Source of the DNA: Ignavibacteriota bacterium
GTDB taxonomy: Bacteria; Bacteroidota; Ignavibacteria; UBA10030
Reading direction: 5' to 3'
DNA: 64,000 nt
Assembly (NCBI GenBank): GCA_963727825.1
Contig: CAVSHO010000009.1
Span: 160,001-224,000 of the forward strand
Each line of letters starts with the position of its first letter. The stretch's first letter is position 1. The notes beneath the pieces are model-generated. The model ran no database searches, was not told the origin of the DNA, and worked only from the letters and a program-made list of their open reading frames with translations. The position numbers and the translations under genes were made by a program. Below, in pieces: positions 43,699-54,499 of this stretch.

Positions 43699-43818
43699 AA
43701 TGTTGTGGTGATATTATCGGAACAAAAGCCCACTTTGTCAAGCATAAGTCAAACATTGGCGGGCTTGCTTTTCCATCAGGTTTCAGATATATTGAAACAC
43801 ATTTTTGGAAAGGGTATT

Positions 43819-44719
43819 ATGGTAAAGGCACTCGATATCAAACAAAACTTTCTCGGTATCGAAAAACAATATTCTGCATTTGAAACATCAAAGGTCGTCG
43901 TTCTGCCGGCGCCGTATGAACATACAGTAAGCTACGGTACCGGAACCAAGAACGGGCCGGCAGCAATTCTGAAAGCATCGCGGCAAGTCGAGTTTTTTGA
44001 CGAAGAGACAAAACGTGAAATCTTCAGGGAATTCGGTATCGCAACTCTTTCGCCTCTTGTCTTCGAAAAGAGAAAGGATGAAACCGCTCTGCAGCTCATT
44101 TATGACACCGTGTTTGAAATGGTAGAACGACAAAAGTTTGTAGTAACGCTTGGCGGCGAACATTCAATTGCTTCCTCAACTATTGCTGCTCATGCAAAAT
44201 TGTATCCTAATCTTTCTGTCCTCCAGTTCGATGCGCACTCCGATCTCCGTCCCGATTATTTAGGAAATAAGTACAGCCATGCATCGGTAATGGCGAGAGT
44301 TTGCGAATTTCTCGATCCGCGCCAGCTTGTGCAGGTTGGAATCCGCGCGCAATGCAAAGAAGAAGCAGAATTTATACGCGATCATGGAATCAATACATTT
44401 TACGCACACGAGATTCGCCGCGGCAACTACACAAAAGTACCTGAAGTACTGGGATGATTTCGTCGTAGATAAACTTTCTGAGAACGTGTATATTTCATTC
44501 GATGTTGATGCATTCGATCCATCCATAATGCCGGCGACAGGAACACCGGAACCAAACGGCCTTTTGTGGGATGAAGTGATGCAATGCTTGCGGAAAGTTG
44601 CGCGCAAAAGGCGAATTATCGGTTTTGATGTTGTTGAATTTGCACCAATTAAGGGACTGCACTACGCCGATGTGACAGCGGCAAAATTAGTTTCAAAGAT
44701 TCTAAACTACGCGCTTTAA
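43819..44719 (+). CDS. speB: Agmatinase, frameshifted near 44440
   Basis: PYEHTVSYG.GT..GP, GGEHS, FDAHSD, and SFDVDAFDP...ATGTPEP in the next frame. Confidence 0.92.
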
Positions 44720-44767
44720 TTAATATTGTGATTCCACGTACCTTTAGTATTTCTTTAACAGGAAACA

Positions 44768-45697
44768 ATGGAACAGACTTTTGAAAAACTCGAACGCGCG
44801 AGCGTTCCAGAATTAGATAAAATCCTTGGAGTTCCCTTTAATGTATTAAATGATGGCTTTGTGCGCGTCATCGATTATATGGGATCTGATTCTTCCATTG
44901 TTCAAGCCGCACGCGTATCTTACGGGCAAGGAACAAAGAAGCTTCGAGAAGATGAGGGACTCATCCGCTATTTGGTACGACATCATCACACTTCACCATT
45001 GGAAATGTGTGAGATCAAATTGCATGTCCGCGTACCAATGGATTGCTGGAGGCAATGGATTCGACATCGTACAGCAAGCATCAACGAATATTCTACTCGT
45101 TACTCGCTCGCCATCGACGCAGCACAAAATACGAAACCGGATGCTTGGCGTTTGCAGGCCAAAAGTAACCGGCAAGGGAGCGAAGGATTTCTTGAGATTG
45201 ATAAAGGAAAAATATTTTCAGCACGAGAGCATGAATTGCAAGAACTTGCCCGGACGGTATATAACGAACGAATCGAAGCCGGACTTGCACGCGAGCAGGC
45301 ACGCAAGGATTTGCCGCTGAGTACTTATACTGAAGCTTACTGGAAAACTGATCTGCATAACCTTTTCCACTTTCTCGCCCTTCGAATGGAAAAGCATGCG
45401 CAATTAGAAATCCGTACGTATGCAACAATTATCGGCAACGAAATTGTCAGCAAGTGGTGTCCGATGGTGTGGGAAGCATTCAAAGATTATCAATTCGGTG
45501 CAATGGAATTATCTAAGCAAGAGATTGAAATTATTGCACGTTTGCAAGCTGGCGATCCGGATAGCGCACAAGCATTAGCGATAGAATTTGGGTTCCTTCC
45601 ACCGAAGGGAGAAAAAATTAAATTCAATCTCGAACGCAGCGAGATAGAACAAAAGCTTGCACTACTAGGCATTCGCCCGCCATGGCTTGAATCGTAA
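44768..45697 (+). CDS. thyX: FAD-dependent thymidylate synthase
   Basis: AARVSY, HTSPLE, RQWIRHRTASINEYSTRY, REQAR and LR...HAQLEIR motifs. Confidence 0.95.
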   Translation: MEQTFEKLERASVPELDKILGVPFNVLNDGFVRVIDYMGSDSSIVQAARVSYGQGTKKLREDEGLIRYLVRHHHTSPLEMCEIKLHVRVPMDCWRQWIRHRTASINEYSTRYSLAIDAAQNTKPDAWRLQAKSNRQGSEGFLEIDKGKIFSAREHELQELARTVYNERIEAGLAREQARKDLPLSTYTEAYWKTDLHNLFHFLALRMEKHAQLEIRTYATIIGNEIVSKWCPMVWEAFKDYQFGAMELSKQEIEIIARLQAGDPDSAQALAIEFGFLPPKGEKIKFNLERSEIEQKLALLGIRPPWLES

Positions 45698-45764
45698 GTG
45701 AAAAGAAATAGGCTTTACATCGTACATCGATCGATAAAATCAATCAGTACGAGAAGTGAATTAA

Positions 45765-46232
45765 ATGAAACTCATTATCATCGCAGCCATTGCTCGCAAT
45801 CGTGTTATTGGCAAAAATGGAAAACTGCCATGGCACATTCCCGAAGATCTGGCCCGATTCAAACAGCTTACTACCGGGCATACTGTTATTATGGGGCGCA
45901 AAACATTTGACTCTCTCGATAAGCCATTTCCTAATCGGGTGAATATAGTCATCACTTCAAATGTCATCAACGGTGTAAAAAGTTATCCTTCATTAGAATT
46001 TGCTCTACAAGCGCTGAATAACGAGAAAGAAGTTTTCGTTATTGGTGGAGGGCGCTTATTTGCAGACGCTCTTAAGTTTGCTGATGAATTGCGTTTGACT
46101 CTGGTCGATAGAGATGTGGATGGCGATACATTCTTTCCGGCATACGAAGATTACCTACGAAAAAATTTCCAACTCATAGATCAAGAATACAATATCGGAT
46201 TCTCTTTCGTCTATTACGTCAGGAAAACGTGA
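45765..46232 (+). CDS. folA: Dihydrofolate reductase
   Basis: IG.NGKLPWHIPEDL..FK, IMGRKTF, FVIGGG and GDTFFP motifs. Confidence 0.95.
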   Translation: MKLIIIAAIARNRVIGKNGKLPWHIPEDLARFKQLTTGHTVIMGRKTFDSLDKPFPNRVNIVITSNVINGVKSYPSLEFALQALNNEKEVFVIGGGRLFADALKFADELRLTLVDRDVDGDTFFPAYEDYLRKNFQLIDQEYNIGFSFVYYVRKT

Positions 46233-46286
46233 CACCTTTGTCCTTGAATGGGCGCGTGCAAAGAAGAAGACATTCTCCTGGTAGAA

Positions 46287-47081
46287 CTATCGCGCTACAA
46301 GGACAGAAACAAGAATGATGACACCGAGTACGATGCGGTAGATGGCGAACGATGTAAAACGATGTGTCTGTATATAGCGCAGCAGCCATTTGACAACAAG
46401 GAATGCTGTAATCGTCGAAATGACAAACGCAATGCCAAGTTCGACCCAATTTTCTCCTCCACTGCCGTGTTTGTATGCGTCCCACAAAAGTTTTCCGCTC
46501 GCTGCATACATCGTGGGAATTCCAATTAGGAATGTGAATTCAGTTGCGGCAGCGCGGTCGCTGGTACCGGTAAGCATACACGCAAAGATTGTAACGCCGG
46601 AGCGAGATGCACCCGGAAAAATCGCTGCAATAATCTGCGCAAACCCGGCAACAACAGCGACTTGCCAGGTAACCTTGGTCGTTTCTACCTTCTTTGCGGC
46701 AAGCCATTCTGCAATGAGAATCCATACGCCGCCGATGATTAGTGCCCATGCAATAGGAGTAATCGCTTCCGGTAATTTGAAACCAAACTTCGTGGCAATC
46801 AGCCCGAGAACACCTGTGATGAAAAACGCCGTAAGGAGTTTAAGCGCATAGTCCCGATTTTCTTTTATGGCAAACCCGGTGCACAGGGAAACCAACCGAT
46901 TCCAATAAATAATTGTTACCGCGAGAATAGCGCCAGCCTGAATAACGACATTGAATAAATCCGAGCGATGTCCAAGTCCCAGTTTCTCTGCAATGAGAAG
47001 ATGTCCTGTGCTGGAAATCGGGAGAAACTCTGTGATGCCTTCAACGATTCCTAAAATTACTGCTTTAATGATTTCGTTCAA
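46287..47081 (-). CDS. uppP: Undecaprenyl-diphosphate phosphatase
   Basis: EGITEFLPISSTGHL and PGASRSG motifs. Confidence 0.95.
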   Translation of the reverse strand: MNEIIKAVILGIVEGITEFLPISSTGHLLIAEKLGLGHRSDLFNVVIQAGAILAVTIIYWNRLVSLCTGFAIKENRDYALKLLTAFFITGVLGLIATKFGFKLPEAITPIAWALIIGGVWILIAEWLAAKKVETTKVTWQVAVVAGFAQIIAAIFPGASRSGVTIFACMLTGTSDRAAATEFTFLIGIPTMYAASGKLLWDAYKHGSGGENWVELGIAFVISTITAFLVVKWLLRYIQTHRFTSFAIYRIVLGVIILVSVLVAR

Positions 47082-47869
47082 TGGATTCCTTTGGCCGCAC
47101 TGCCATCAACTAAAAGATTCACGCCATTTATATAGCTAGCCTGCTCAGAAGCTAAGAAAGCAACTGTATTGCCAATTTCTTCAGGTCTTCCCAAACGACC
47201 TGCAGGGATCGCACCCGCTGTTTCCTTAAGATATTCTTCTAACGTTATATTCTTTTGCTTTGCACGGGAAGCGCTAAGTTCTTCCTGCCGCTGTGTAAGA
47301 ACGTTTCCGGGGCAAACTGTATTGATTGTGATGTTGTCTTTTGCATGTAAATTCGCAAGCACCTTAGTGAGCCCGAGAATTCCTGGACGAATCGCAGAAG
47401 AAAGAAGCAGCTCATTAATCGGCTGTTTTGCGGCAATCGATGTGATAGTGATTATTCTTCCCCATTTCTGTTGAATCATCATCGGAAGAATTTCCCGCGT
47501 TAATCGCACCATACTCATCAATGTCAACTCGTGACCTTTATGCCAATCTTCATCGGTAAGAGATGAAATTGTGCCTGTTGGCGGACCGCCGGCATTATTG
47601 ATCAAAACATGCACTGTACCAAATTGTTGTTTTGTTTCTAATACCAATCGTTTAATGTCTTCCAATTTCGTAACATCAACGACCATAGGCAAAATGGTCG
47701 CGCCGGTAGTTTCACGGATTTCTTTTGCGGCTTCTGCAATTTCCTTTTTGCGGCGTGAGCAAATAACAATTGCTGCACCTTCCTGTGCCAGCGCTATCGC
47801 TGATGCTTTACCAAGTCCCTGGCTTGCCGCCGTTACGATTGCTATTTTATTATTCAATCCAAAGTTCAT
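47078..47869 (-). CDS. SDR family oxidoreductase
   Basis: TAASQGLG, NNAGGP, GRLGRPEE and VDG motifs. Confidence 0.92.
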   Translation of the reverse strand: MNFGLNNKIAIVTAASQGLGKASAIALAQEGAAIVICSRRKKEIAEAAKEIRETTGATILPMVVDVTKLEDIKRLVLETKQQFGTVHVLINNAGGPPTGTISSLTDEDWHKGHELTLMSMVRLTREILPMMIQQKWGRIITITSIAAKQPINELLLSSAIRPGILGLTKVLANLHAKDNITINTVCPGNVLTQRQEELSASRAKQKNITLEEYLKETAGAIPAGRLGRPEEIGNTVAFLASEQASYINGVNLLVDGSAAKGIH

Positions 47870-47939
47870 ATTATTTCACAGTAGAGTCGTAGTTAGATAT
47901 ATCAAATCGTTGATGTTAAATTCAGAATTATGATATGGT

Positions 47940-48536
47940 TTATTTTACCGTGATCATTCCTGTTAGTCCAATTCGGATCATCATAACAGCAATTGCTGCC
48001 ATAAAAAGTGCGGCTACTTTTGCAAATGCTTTCGATCCTGCTTCTCCCATAACACGAATGATGTAATCGGAATTCCGAAATATCAGCCAAACAAGAAATA
48101 AATTCGCCAACAGCCCAATCACAGCCGCAAGATATCCATATGCATCTACAATAATCAGCAAAGTCGTGAGTACGGCAGGACCGATTATAAGCGGAATACC
48201 AATAGGAACGACACCAACGGATGTCTGAGGCGCCCGGTTTGTTTTATCACCGGTAAAGGTGAGGTCGATAACTGCAAGCACCAAGAGGACAATCCCACCA
48301 CCGACACGAAAATCGTTTTCCGTAATTCCCATAAAATTAAAAATCAATCTGCCGCCAAAAAGGAACACCAGAGAAACGGCAAGCGCAGTAAATGTAGCAT
48401 CTGTGATCAATTTCTTTTTCTCTAGCGGTTTCATATCACTCGTAAGTGAAAGAAAGATCGGAACCAGCCCGAGTACATCAATGGCAACAAAGATCGGGAT
48501 AAATGAAAGAACAAATATTTTAAAATCGTTATACAT
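47940..48536 (-). CDS. MarC family membrane protein
   Basis: GLVPIFLSLT, FRVGGGIVL and VPIGIPLIIGP motifs. Confidence 0.92.
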   Translation of the reverse strand: MYNDFKIFVLSFIPIFVAIDVLGLVPIFLSLTSDMKPLEKKKLITDATFTALAVSLVFLFGGRLIFNFMGITENDFRVGGGIVLLVLAVIDLTFTGDKTNRAPQTSVGVVPIGIPLIIGPAVLTTLLIIVDAYGYLAAVIGLLANLFLVWLIFRNSDYIIRVMGEAGSKAFAKVAALFMAAIAVMMIRIGLTGMITVK

Positions 48537-48605
48537 TGCATTTCAACTTATAGTATTAAGTTTTTTAATGGCTTGAAATCGATGCCGTAGTTTCCTGCAA
48601 TTGAC

Positions 48606-48872
48606 CTATGGAAGCTTGATACCTTTTTCCTCAAGACGCTTTTGAATAATATCGTAAATTTCTTCAGATGTAAGCGAACCGCGGACACCTGCTGCACAAA
48701 TCGTTTGTAGAAGTGTTCCGCGCCGTTCACTCAACCAGCCCCAGAGACAATACCCGAGACGGTTGCGATCATTCGGTTCCTCTGTTGGAATTTCTGCAAC
48801 AATATTGTATGCAAGTTTTTCTAAAGATTCTGCCGGAGATTCAATAATGGGTGCTGGAGGTTTAGTTGACAT
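48606..48872 (-). CDS. Small hypothetical protein
   Basis: 88-aa ORF co-oriented with the downstream operon; family not recognised. Confidence 0.65.
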   Translation of the reverse strand: MSTKPPAPIIESPAESLEKLAYNIVAEIPTEEPNDRNRLGYCLWGWLSERRGTLLQTICAAGVRGSLTSEEIYDIIQKRLEEKGIKLP

Positions 48873-49065
48873 ATTCAGGACTTCATTCGTTTGTTAGAAA
48901 TATTTTAATATATGAATATAGAAAGTTTTCGGAGAAAAGACAAAAATAGAGAAACGACTGAACATAGATTATATTGAACAGTTAATTATATCTATGATTT
49001 GTGCGGACAGGTTTGTACCTTTCAATAGTATTTGACTGAAATATTACTACATCGAAATACTTCAC

Positions 49066-50254
49066 ATGGCTTCTCTTTATCTACATATTCCCTTCTGCGA
49101 GCATAAATGCATCTACTGCGACTTCTATTCTATTGCTCCGGCAGAATCAGAAAGAGACATACGCTTCGCTTATTGACGAATTTCTTTCTGCGCTGGAAGT
49201 AGAAATCCGACTGCGTGCAGAAGAAAAGCGCTTCAACGAATCAGTTGAGACAATTTTCTTCGGGGGCGGAACACCGTCTCTCCTTCATCCGTCTGAAATA
49301 GAAAAGATCCTAAATCTTCTTGCGTCACGTTTCTCAATTCAAACAAATGCAGAAATCACGTTAGAAACAAATCCAGGAACTGTAGACAAGCAAAAGCTTA
49401 AAGCGTTCCATTCCGCCGGTATCAACAGAATCAGCTTGGGTGTTCAATCATTTTACGATGATGACTTGATATTTCTGACACGCATCCACACAGCATCTGA
49501 AGCGAAGCAATGCATACTCGATGCATATGCAGCGGGATTTAAGAACGTCAGCATTGATTTGATTTTTTCTTTGCCTAATCAATCTTTGCAGAGATGGAAA
49601 TCGAATCTGGAACAAGCGATCGAACTTCAACCGGCTCACATTTCGTGTTACAGTCTTATTTATGAACCCGGGACACCGCTCTTCAATATGATTCAATCGA
49701 AACAAGTCTCGCCGCTCGATGCAGATATTGACGCTGAATTATATGAATTTACAATCGATTTTCTTACTTCTCATGGCTTCGAGCAATATGAAGTGTCAAA
49801 TTTTGCCAAACCCGCAACGGCGGGCAAGCCGAATTTCAAATGCCGGCACAATGTCAACTACTGGAATCATTCAAATTACCTCAGCTTCGGTCCGTCGGCT
49901 CATTCATTTTGGAAAAATGAGCGCTGGTGGAATGTTTCAAACATTACTGCATACATCGAACAACTGAACAAGCGCATATTACCAATATCAGGGGGCGAAC
50001 ATCTCTCTGAGACCAAATTGATGGAAGAGGCAATCTTTCTCGGTTTACGAAGCGACGGAATCGACTTAAAACAATTTCGCATGCGTTTTGCACGCGATCT
50101 TTCAATAGAGAATTCATCCATCATCTCCGAATTGATTCAACAAGGACGTGCACGAATGGAAGGCGAACGATTCAGGCTCACAGCAAAAGGATATCTCGTG
50201 TGCGATGAAATTTGTCAGTCATTTTCATTGGACAACACACCCGAAACTCCTTGA
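49066..50254 (+). CDS. hemW: Radical SAM heme chaperone HemW, frameshifted near 49150
   Basis: MASLYLHIPFCEHKCIYCDFYS from 49066; FFGGGTPS, RISLGVQS, YEVSNF and HNVNYW motifs. Confidence 0.92.
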
Positions 50255-50382
50255 AGTTCAACGCTTTTCCTCATACATTGGCTGTGAAATTTTATGTTAC
50301 AAAATCCATAAAAATGAAATGAATTTTAGAATATTTCTTTTCGGCATGTATAGGAAGATATTCGAATTGAAAGAATGATAAA

Positions 50383-51402
50383 ATGAAACAAAAAACAGCT
50401 CTTATCATTGGCATTGCAGGACAAGATGGTTCTTATCTTGCCGAGTTCCTCCTTTCTAAAAATTACAAGGTAGTTGGATTGATGCTCAATTCCATTGAAC
50501 TGTCGAGTTCGCTCATTGCACATCTTTCTAATAAAATAACTATTGCCTATGGAGATTTGTTAGACATGGTTTCCATCATGGAAACCATTCGTTCCTGTCA
50601 GCCCGACGAAATTTACAATCTTGCAGCTCAATCGTCCCCCGGTGATTCATGGCGGCTTGCCATTGAAACAGCGGAAATAACAGGTGTTGGTGCACAACGG
50701 GTTTATGAGGCGGTTCGATGTATTAAACCGGATTGCCGGATCTATCAAGCTTCTTCTTCCGAAATGTTTGGCACACCGACAATAGTGCCGCAGAATGAAC
50801 ACACTCCATTTGAACCCGTTAATCCATACGGTGCCGCTAAACTCTATGCGCATTCAATGGCGCAAATCTACAACAAGAGCTATAAGCTCTTTATCGCATG
50901 CGGCATTCTTTTCAATCATGAAAGTCCACGACGCGGAATGCACTTCCTCACACAAAAGGTTGCATACAGTGCAGCGTGTATTAAACTTGGCATTCTTAAC
51001 TCTCCGGATTTAAATGAACAAGGTGAGCCTATTGTCAATAATGGAATGATTGCACTCGGTAATTTAGATGCAAAACGCGACTGGGGATTTTCCGGCGATT
51101 ATGTGGAAGCGATGTGGATGATGTTACAGCATAAAACACCGGAGACATATGTGATCGGTACCGGAGATGTAAGAACTGTGCGGCAATTATGCGAAGAAGC
51201 ATTTGGAACCGTCGGCTTGGACTGGCGAAAACACATTGTTGTCGATCCAAGGTTCATTCGGCTGACCGAAACCGGCACCACTGTTGCCGATGCAACAAAA
51301 GCGAAAATTGAATTGGGATGGTCGCCGCGCACATCGTTTTCCGATCTCGTGAAGATGATGGTCGAACATCAGATGAGACGAATTAAAGGAAGACAAGAAT
51401 AA
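50383..51402 (+). CDS. gmd: GDP-mannose 4,6-dehydratase
   Basis: GIAGQDGSYL, YNLAAQS, QASSSEMFG, YGAAK, FNHESPRRG and RDWG motifs. Confidence 0.92.
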   Translation: MKQKTALIIGIAGQDGSYLAEFLLSKNYKVVGLMLNSIELSSSLIAHLSNKITIAYGDLLDMVSIMETIRSCQPDEIYNLAAQSSPGDSWRLAIETAEITGVGAQRVYEAVRCIKPDCRIYQASSSEMFGTPTIVPQNEHTPFEPVNPYGAAKLYAHSMAQIYNKSYKLFIACGILFNHESPRRGMHFLTQKVAYSAACIKLGILNSPDLNEQGEPIVNNGMIALGNLDAKRDWGFSGDYVEAMWMMLQHKTPETYVIGTGDVRTVRQLCEEAFGTVGLDWRKHIVVDPRFIRLTETGTTVADATKAKIELGWSPRTSFSDLVKMMVEHQMRRIKGRQE

Positions 51403-51405
51403 TTA

Positions 51406-52521
51406 ATGCGAATACTTCTTTTAAATTGGCAGGACATTAAGAACCCGGCAGGCGGCGGTGCAGAGGTGTATCTCCAGCAAATTTTTAAGCGACTTACCAC
51501 ACAGGGACATGATATCACACTTCTGTGCTCGCAATTTTCCGATGCTCCGAGAGAAGAAGTGATAGATGGTATTCGCATCGTACGGAGAGGAAATCGCAAC
51601 CTGTTTAATTATATCGTTCCGATTGAGTACGAGCGGAAATTCCGCCGCGAGCATTATGACATAGTTATCGACGACATCAACAAAATTCCGTTTTATACAC
51701 CTATATTTGTTCGAGAACCGCTCTTAGGAATGGTGATGCATTTGTTTGATACGAGTATCTTTAAAGAAGCTTCAATTCCTGCGGCATCTTATGTTTATTG
51801 CGCAGAACGGCTTGCCCTGTCTGTCTATCGTAAAACTCCGTTGGTTGCAATCTCAGAAAGCACCCGAACAGAATTGCTTTCGCATGGATGCCGGCAGGAA
51901 AACGTTTTTCTCGTTCCCTGCGCTGTTAATCATTTGGCATACCGTCAACTTCCAGGCGTGACAAGAACTGAGCCAATAATTGGGTATGTGGGAAGAATAA
52001 AAAAGTACAAAAGCGTCGATCACTTACTGCGCGCGTTCGCAATCGTTTTAAAAGTTATGCCGGAAGCAAAGCTTGTCATTATTGGTGAAGGAGACGGTAA
52101 ACTGGCTTTTGAGAGACTCTCACAAGAACTTCAAATTAACCACGCCACAACGTTCACTGGATTTCTTCCGTCAGAAGAAAAAATCCGACTTCTTAATCAA
52201 ATGCAAATAATCGTAAACACATCTGCTAAAGAAGGATGGGGTTTGACAGTGACGGAAGCAAATGCATGCGGTGTGCCTGCAGTTGCGAGCGATGTTCCCG
52301 GCTTGCGCGATGCTGTGAAAGACGGTGAGACCGGATTGCTTTATGAATACGGCAACATCGAACAACTTGCAGAAAAAATATTACTTCTTCTTCGCGACGA
52401 ACACCTCCGCTCGCGTCTCACAAAAGGCGCATTGGAATACGCTCAATCTCTCACCTGGGATAAGTCGGCAGAAATTATGCTTACTGTAATTGAACGAGTG
52501 CTGCAACGACATACTTCATGA
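51406..52521 (+). CDS. Glycosyltransferase family 4
   Basis: NPAGGGAE and KEGWGLTVTEANACG motifs. Confidence 0.92.
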   Translation: MRILLLNWQDIKNPAGGGAEVYLQQIFKRLTTQGHDITLLCSQFSDAPREEVIDGIRIVRRGNRNLFNYIVPIEYERKFRREHYDIVIDDINKIPFYTPIFVREPLLGMVMHLFDTSIFKEASIPAASYVYCAERLALSVYRKTPLVAISESTRTELLSHGCRQENVFLVPCAVNHLAYRQLPGVTRTEPIIGYVGRIKKYKSVDHLLRAFAIVLKVMPEAKLVIIGEGDGKLAFERLSQELQINHATTFTGFLPSEEKIRLLNQMQIIVNTSAKEGWGLTVTEANACGVPAVASDVPGLRDAVKDGETGLLYEYGNIEQLAEKILLLLRDEHLRSRLTKGALEYAQSLTWDKSAEIMLTVIERVLQRHTS

Positions 52522-52578
52522 AGGCCGTAGTTGAATGTCATGCTGAAAGATGATGCAAATGACGGATATTGATATGTC

Positions 52579-53397
52579 ATGGGAAATTCAAACGAAATAA
52601 AACTCGGAAGCGTACAAGAGACATTGTTACTTCCATTATGGGGAAGAGCAATTGAGACGCAGAAGCAAAAACCCCTTCTAATAGACAACAAAGCCGTTTC
52701 AATAGTAAACAGCATTCCTTACGATTTTACTGTGATTTCAAAAAATATCCATAAGATAACTCGGCTTTCATGGGTTGCAAGAAGCATATTCTTTGATAAA
52801 AAAATAAAAGCATTTATAGATCTACATCCGGATGCAACAATTGTCAATATTGGTTGCGGACTTGATACGACATTTGACCGTGTAGACAACGGGAAAATCC
52901 AATGGATAGACTTAGACTTACCAGATACAATAGATTTAAGAAAAAAGTATATATCTGAATCAAACAGAAGGCATTTTATTGCTAAATCCGTTTTTGATAC
53001 AAGTTGGTATGACGGAATAGAGAAAAAAAACAATGTAATGCTTCTGATTGCTGGAGTGCTGTATTACTTTGATGAAAAGGATGTGAGAGGACTTTTTAAC
53101 GATTTCCATGTTTTCCTTCCAGGGGTAGAGATTATTTTTGACTATGCCTCTAAATTAGGGATAAAGATGTCAAACAAAAAAGTTATTGAAAAAGGGGGAA
53201 TGAACAAATCTGCTTATTTAAAATGGGGAATTAATAATATCCTGGAAATAGAAAAATGGGATACTAACATAAAAGTTATTAGCACTATGCCAATGTATAA
53301 AGAGCATAAAAAGAATTATCCGGTGATAAGGAGAATTGGCATGAATATAACTGATGCACTGAAGATAATGTCATTAGCTCATATTAGAATAAATTGA
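52579..53397 (+). CDS. Class I SAM-dependent methyltransferase (LCM/TcmP-like)
   Basis: ETLLLPLWGRA, VNIGCGLDTTF.R and DLDLP motifs. Confidence 0.9.
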   Translation: MGNSNEIKLGSVQETLLLPLWGRAIETQKQKPLLIDNKAVSIVNSIPYDFTVISKNIHKITRLSWVARSIFFDKKIKAFIDLHPDATIVNIGCGLDTTFDRVDNGKIQWIDLDLPDTIDLRKKYISESNRRHFIAKSVFDTSWYDGIEKKNNVMLLIAGVLYYFDEKDVRGLFNDFHVFLPGVEIIFDYASKLGIKMSNKKVIEKGGMNKSAYLKWGINNILEIEKWDTNIKVISTMPMYKEHKKNYPVIRRIGMNITDALKIMSLAHIRIN

Positions 53398-53453
53398 CAA
53401 GGTTTAAAAGGAACAAACAGCCAGCACTCACTATAAAAGAATCTCTACAAAAA

Positions 53454-54404
53454 ATGAAAGCAATAGTTTACACAAAGTTTGGAACACCTGATGTTCTTCA
53501 ACTTAAAGAAGTGGAAAAACCCGTTCCTAAGGAAGATGAAATATTAATAAAAGTTCATGCTGCATCCGCAAATGCGTATGACTGGCGACACCTAAGAGCA
53601 GACCCGTTCCTAATAAGACTAATGGGCGCTGGTTTTTTGAAACCGAAACACAAGATTCTTGGGGCTGACGTAGCCGGACAGGTTGAAGCGATTGGCAATA
53701 AAGTAAAACACTTTCAGCCTGGCGATGAAGTTTTCGGAGAAGGCAGCTACGGGGGATTTGCTGAATATGTATGCGTTGATGAAAAAAGATTTGTGTTAAA
53801 ACCGGCCGACTTAACTTTTGAAGAAGCAGCAGCTGTTCCAATGGCAGCACTCACGGCTTTGCAAGGTCTTCGCGATAAAGGGCAGATTCAAGCAAGACAA
53901 AAGGTATTAATCAACGGAGCCTCCGGTGGTGTGGGTACTTTTGCAGTGCAGATTGCTAAATCATTCGAAGCTGAAGTGACCGGCGTTTGCAGCACATCAA
54001 AAATGGACTATGTGCGCTCAATTGGTGCAGACCATGTCATTGATTACACTAAAGAAGATATCACTAAAAATAGGCAGCAATATGACCTGATTTTTGATAC
54101 TGCAGCTCACCGTTCGATTTTAAAGTACAAACGTATATTAAGCTCCGATGGAACTTATGTCTTGGCAGGAGGTTCTATAGCTCGAATTTTCCAACTCATG
54201 TTCATCTCAATGACAGGAGTTAAAAATATGGGACTGATGGTTGCAAATATAAACCAAAAGGATCTGCTTTTCATTGTAGAACTACTTAAAGCGGGCAAAG
54301 TTAAATCAATTATAGATAAATGTTATCCATTAAACGAGACTGCCGATGCCCTGCGCTATCTTGAAGAAGGACACGCTTGTGGAAAAGTTGTAATAACCGT
54401 GTAA
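53454..54404 (+). CDS. NAD(P)-dependent zinc-type alcohol dehydrogenase/quinone oxidoreductase family protein
   Basis: MKAIVY, GADVAG.V, TALQGL, INGASGGVG and GKVVI motifs. Confidence 0.92.
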   Translation: MKAIVYTKFGTPDVLQLKEVEKPVPKEDEILIKVHAASANAYDWRHLRADPFLIRLMGAGFLKPKHKILGADVAGQVEAIGNKVKHFQPGDEVFGEGSYGGFAEYVCVDEKRFVLKPADLTFEEAAAVPMAALTALQGLRDKGQIQARQKVLINGASGGVGTFAVQIAKSFEAEVTGVCSTSKMDYVRSIGADHVIDYTKEDITKNRQQYDLIFDTAAHRSILKYKRILSSDGTYVLAGGSIARIFQLMFISMTGVKNMGLMVANINQKDLLFIVELLKAGKVKSIIDKCYPLNETADALRYLEEGHACGKVVITV

Positions 54405-54416
54405 CATAATAACAAA

Positions 54417-54488
54417 ACTTAACAAAGCAATACACCCAACAGCTATTCCATTGCGTTTTATTGTGACAAATGGACTTGGTTGTTATAT
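54417..54488 (+). repeat. Degenerate integron attC-like site
   Basis: ACTTAAC...GTTATAT boundaries, 72 bp, directly after a gene; similar to the site at 55689. Confidence 0.55.
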
Positions 54489-54499
54489 TTTACTAGAAT

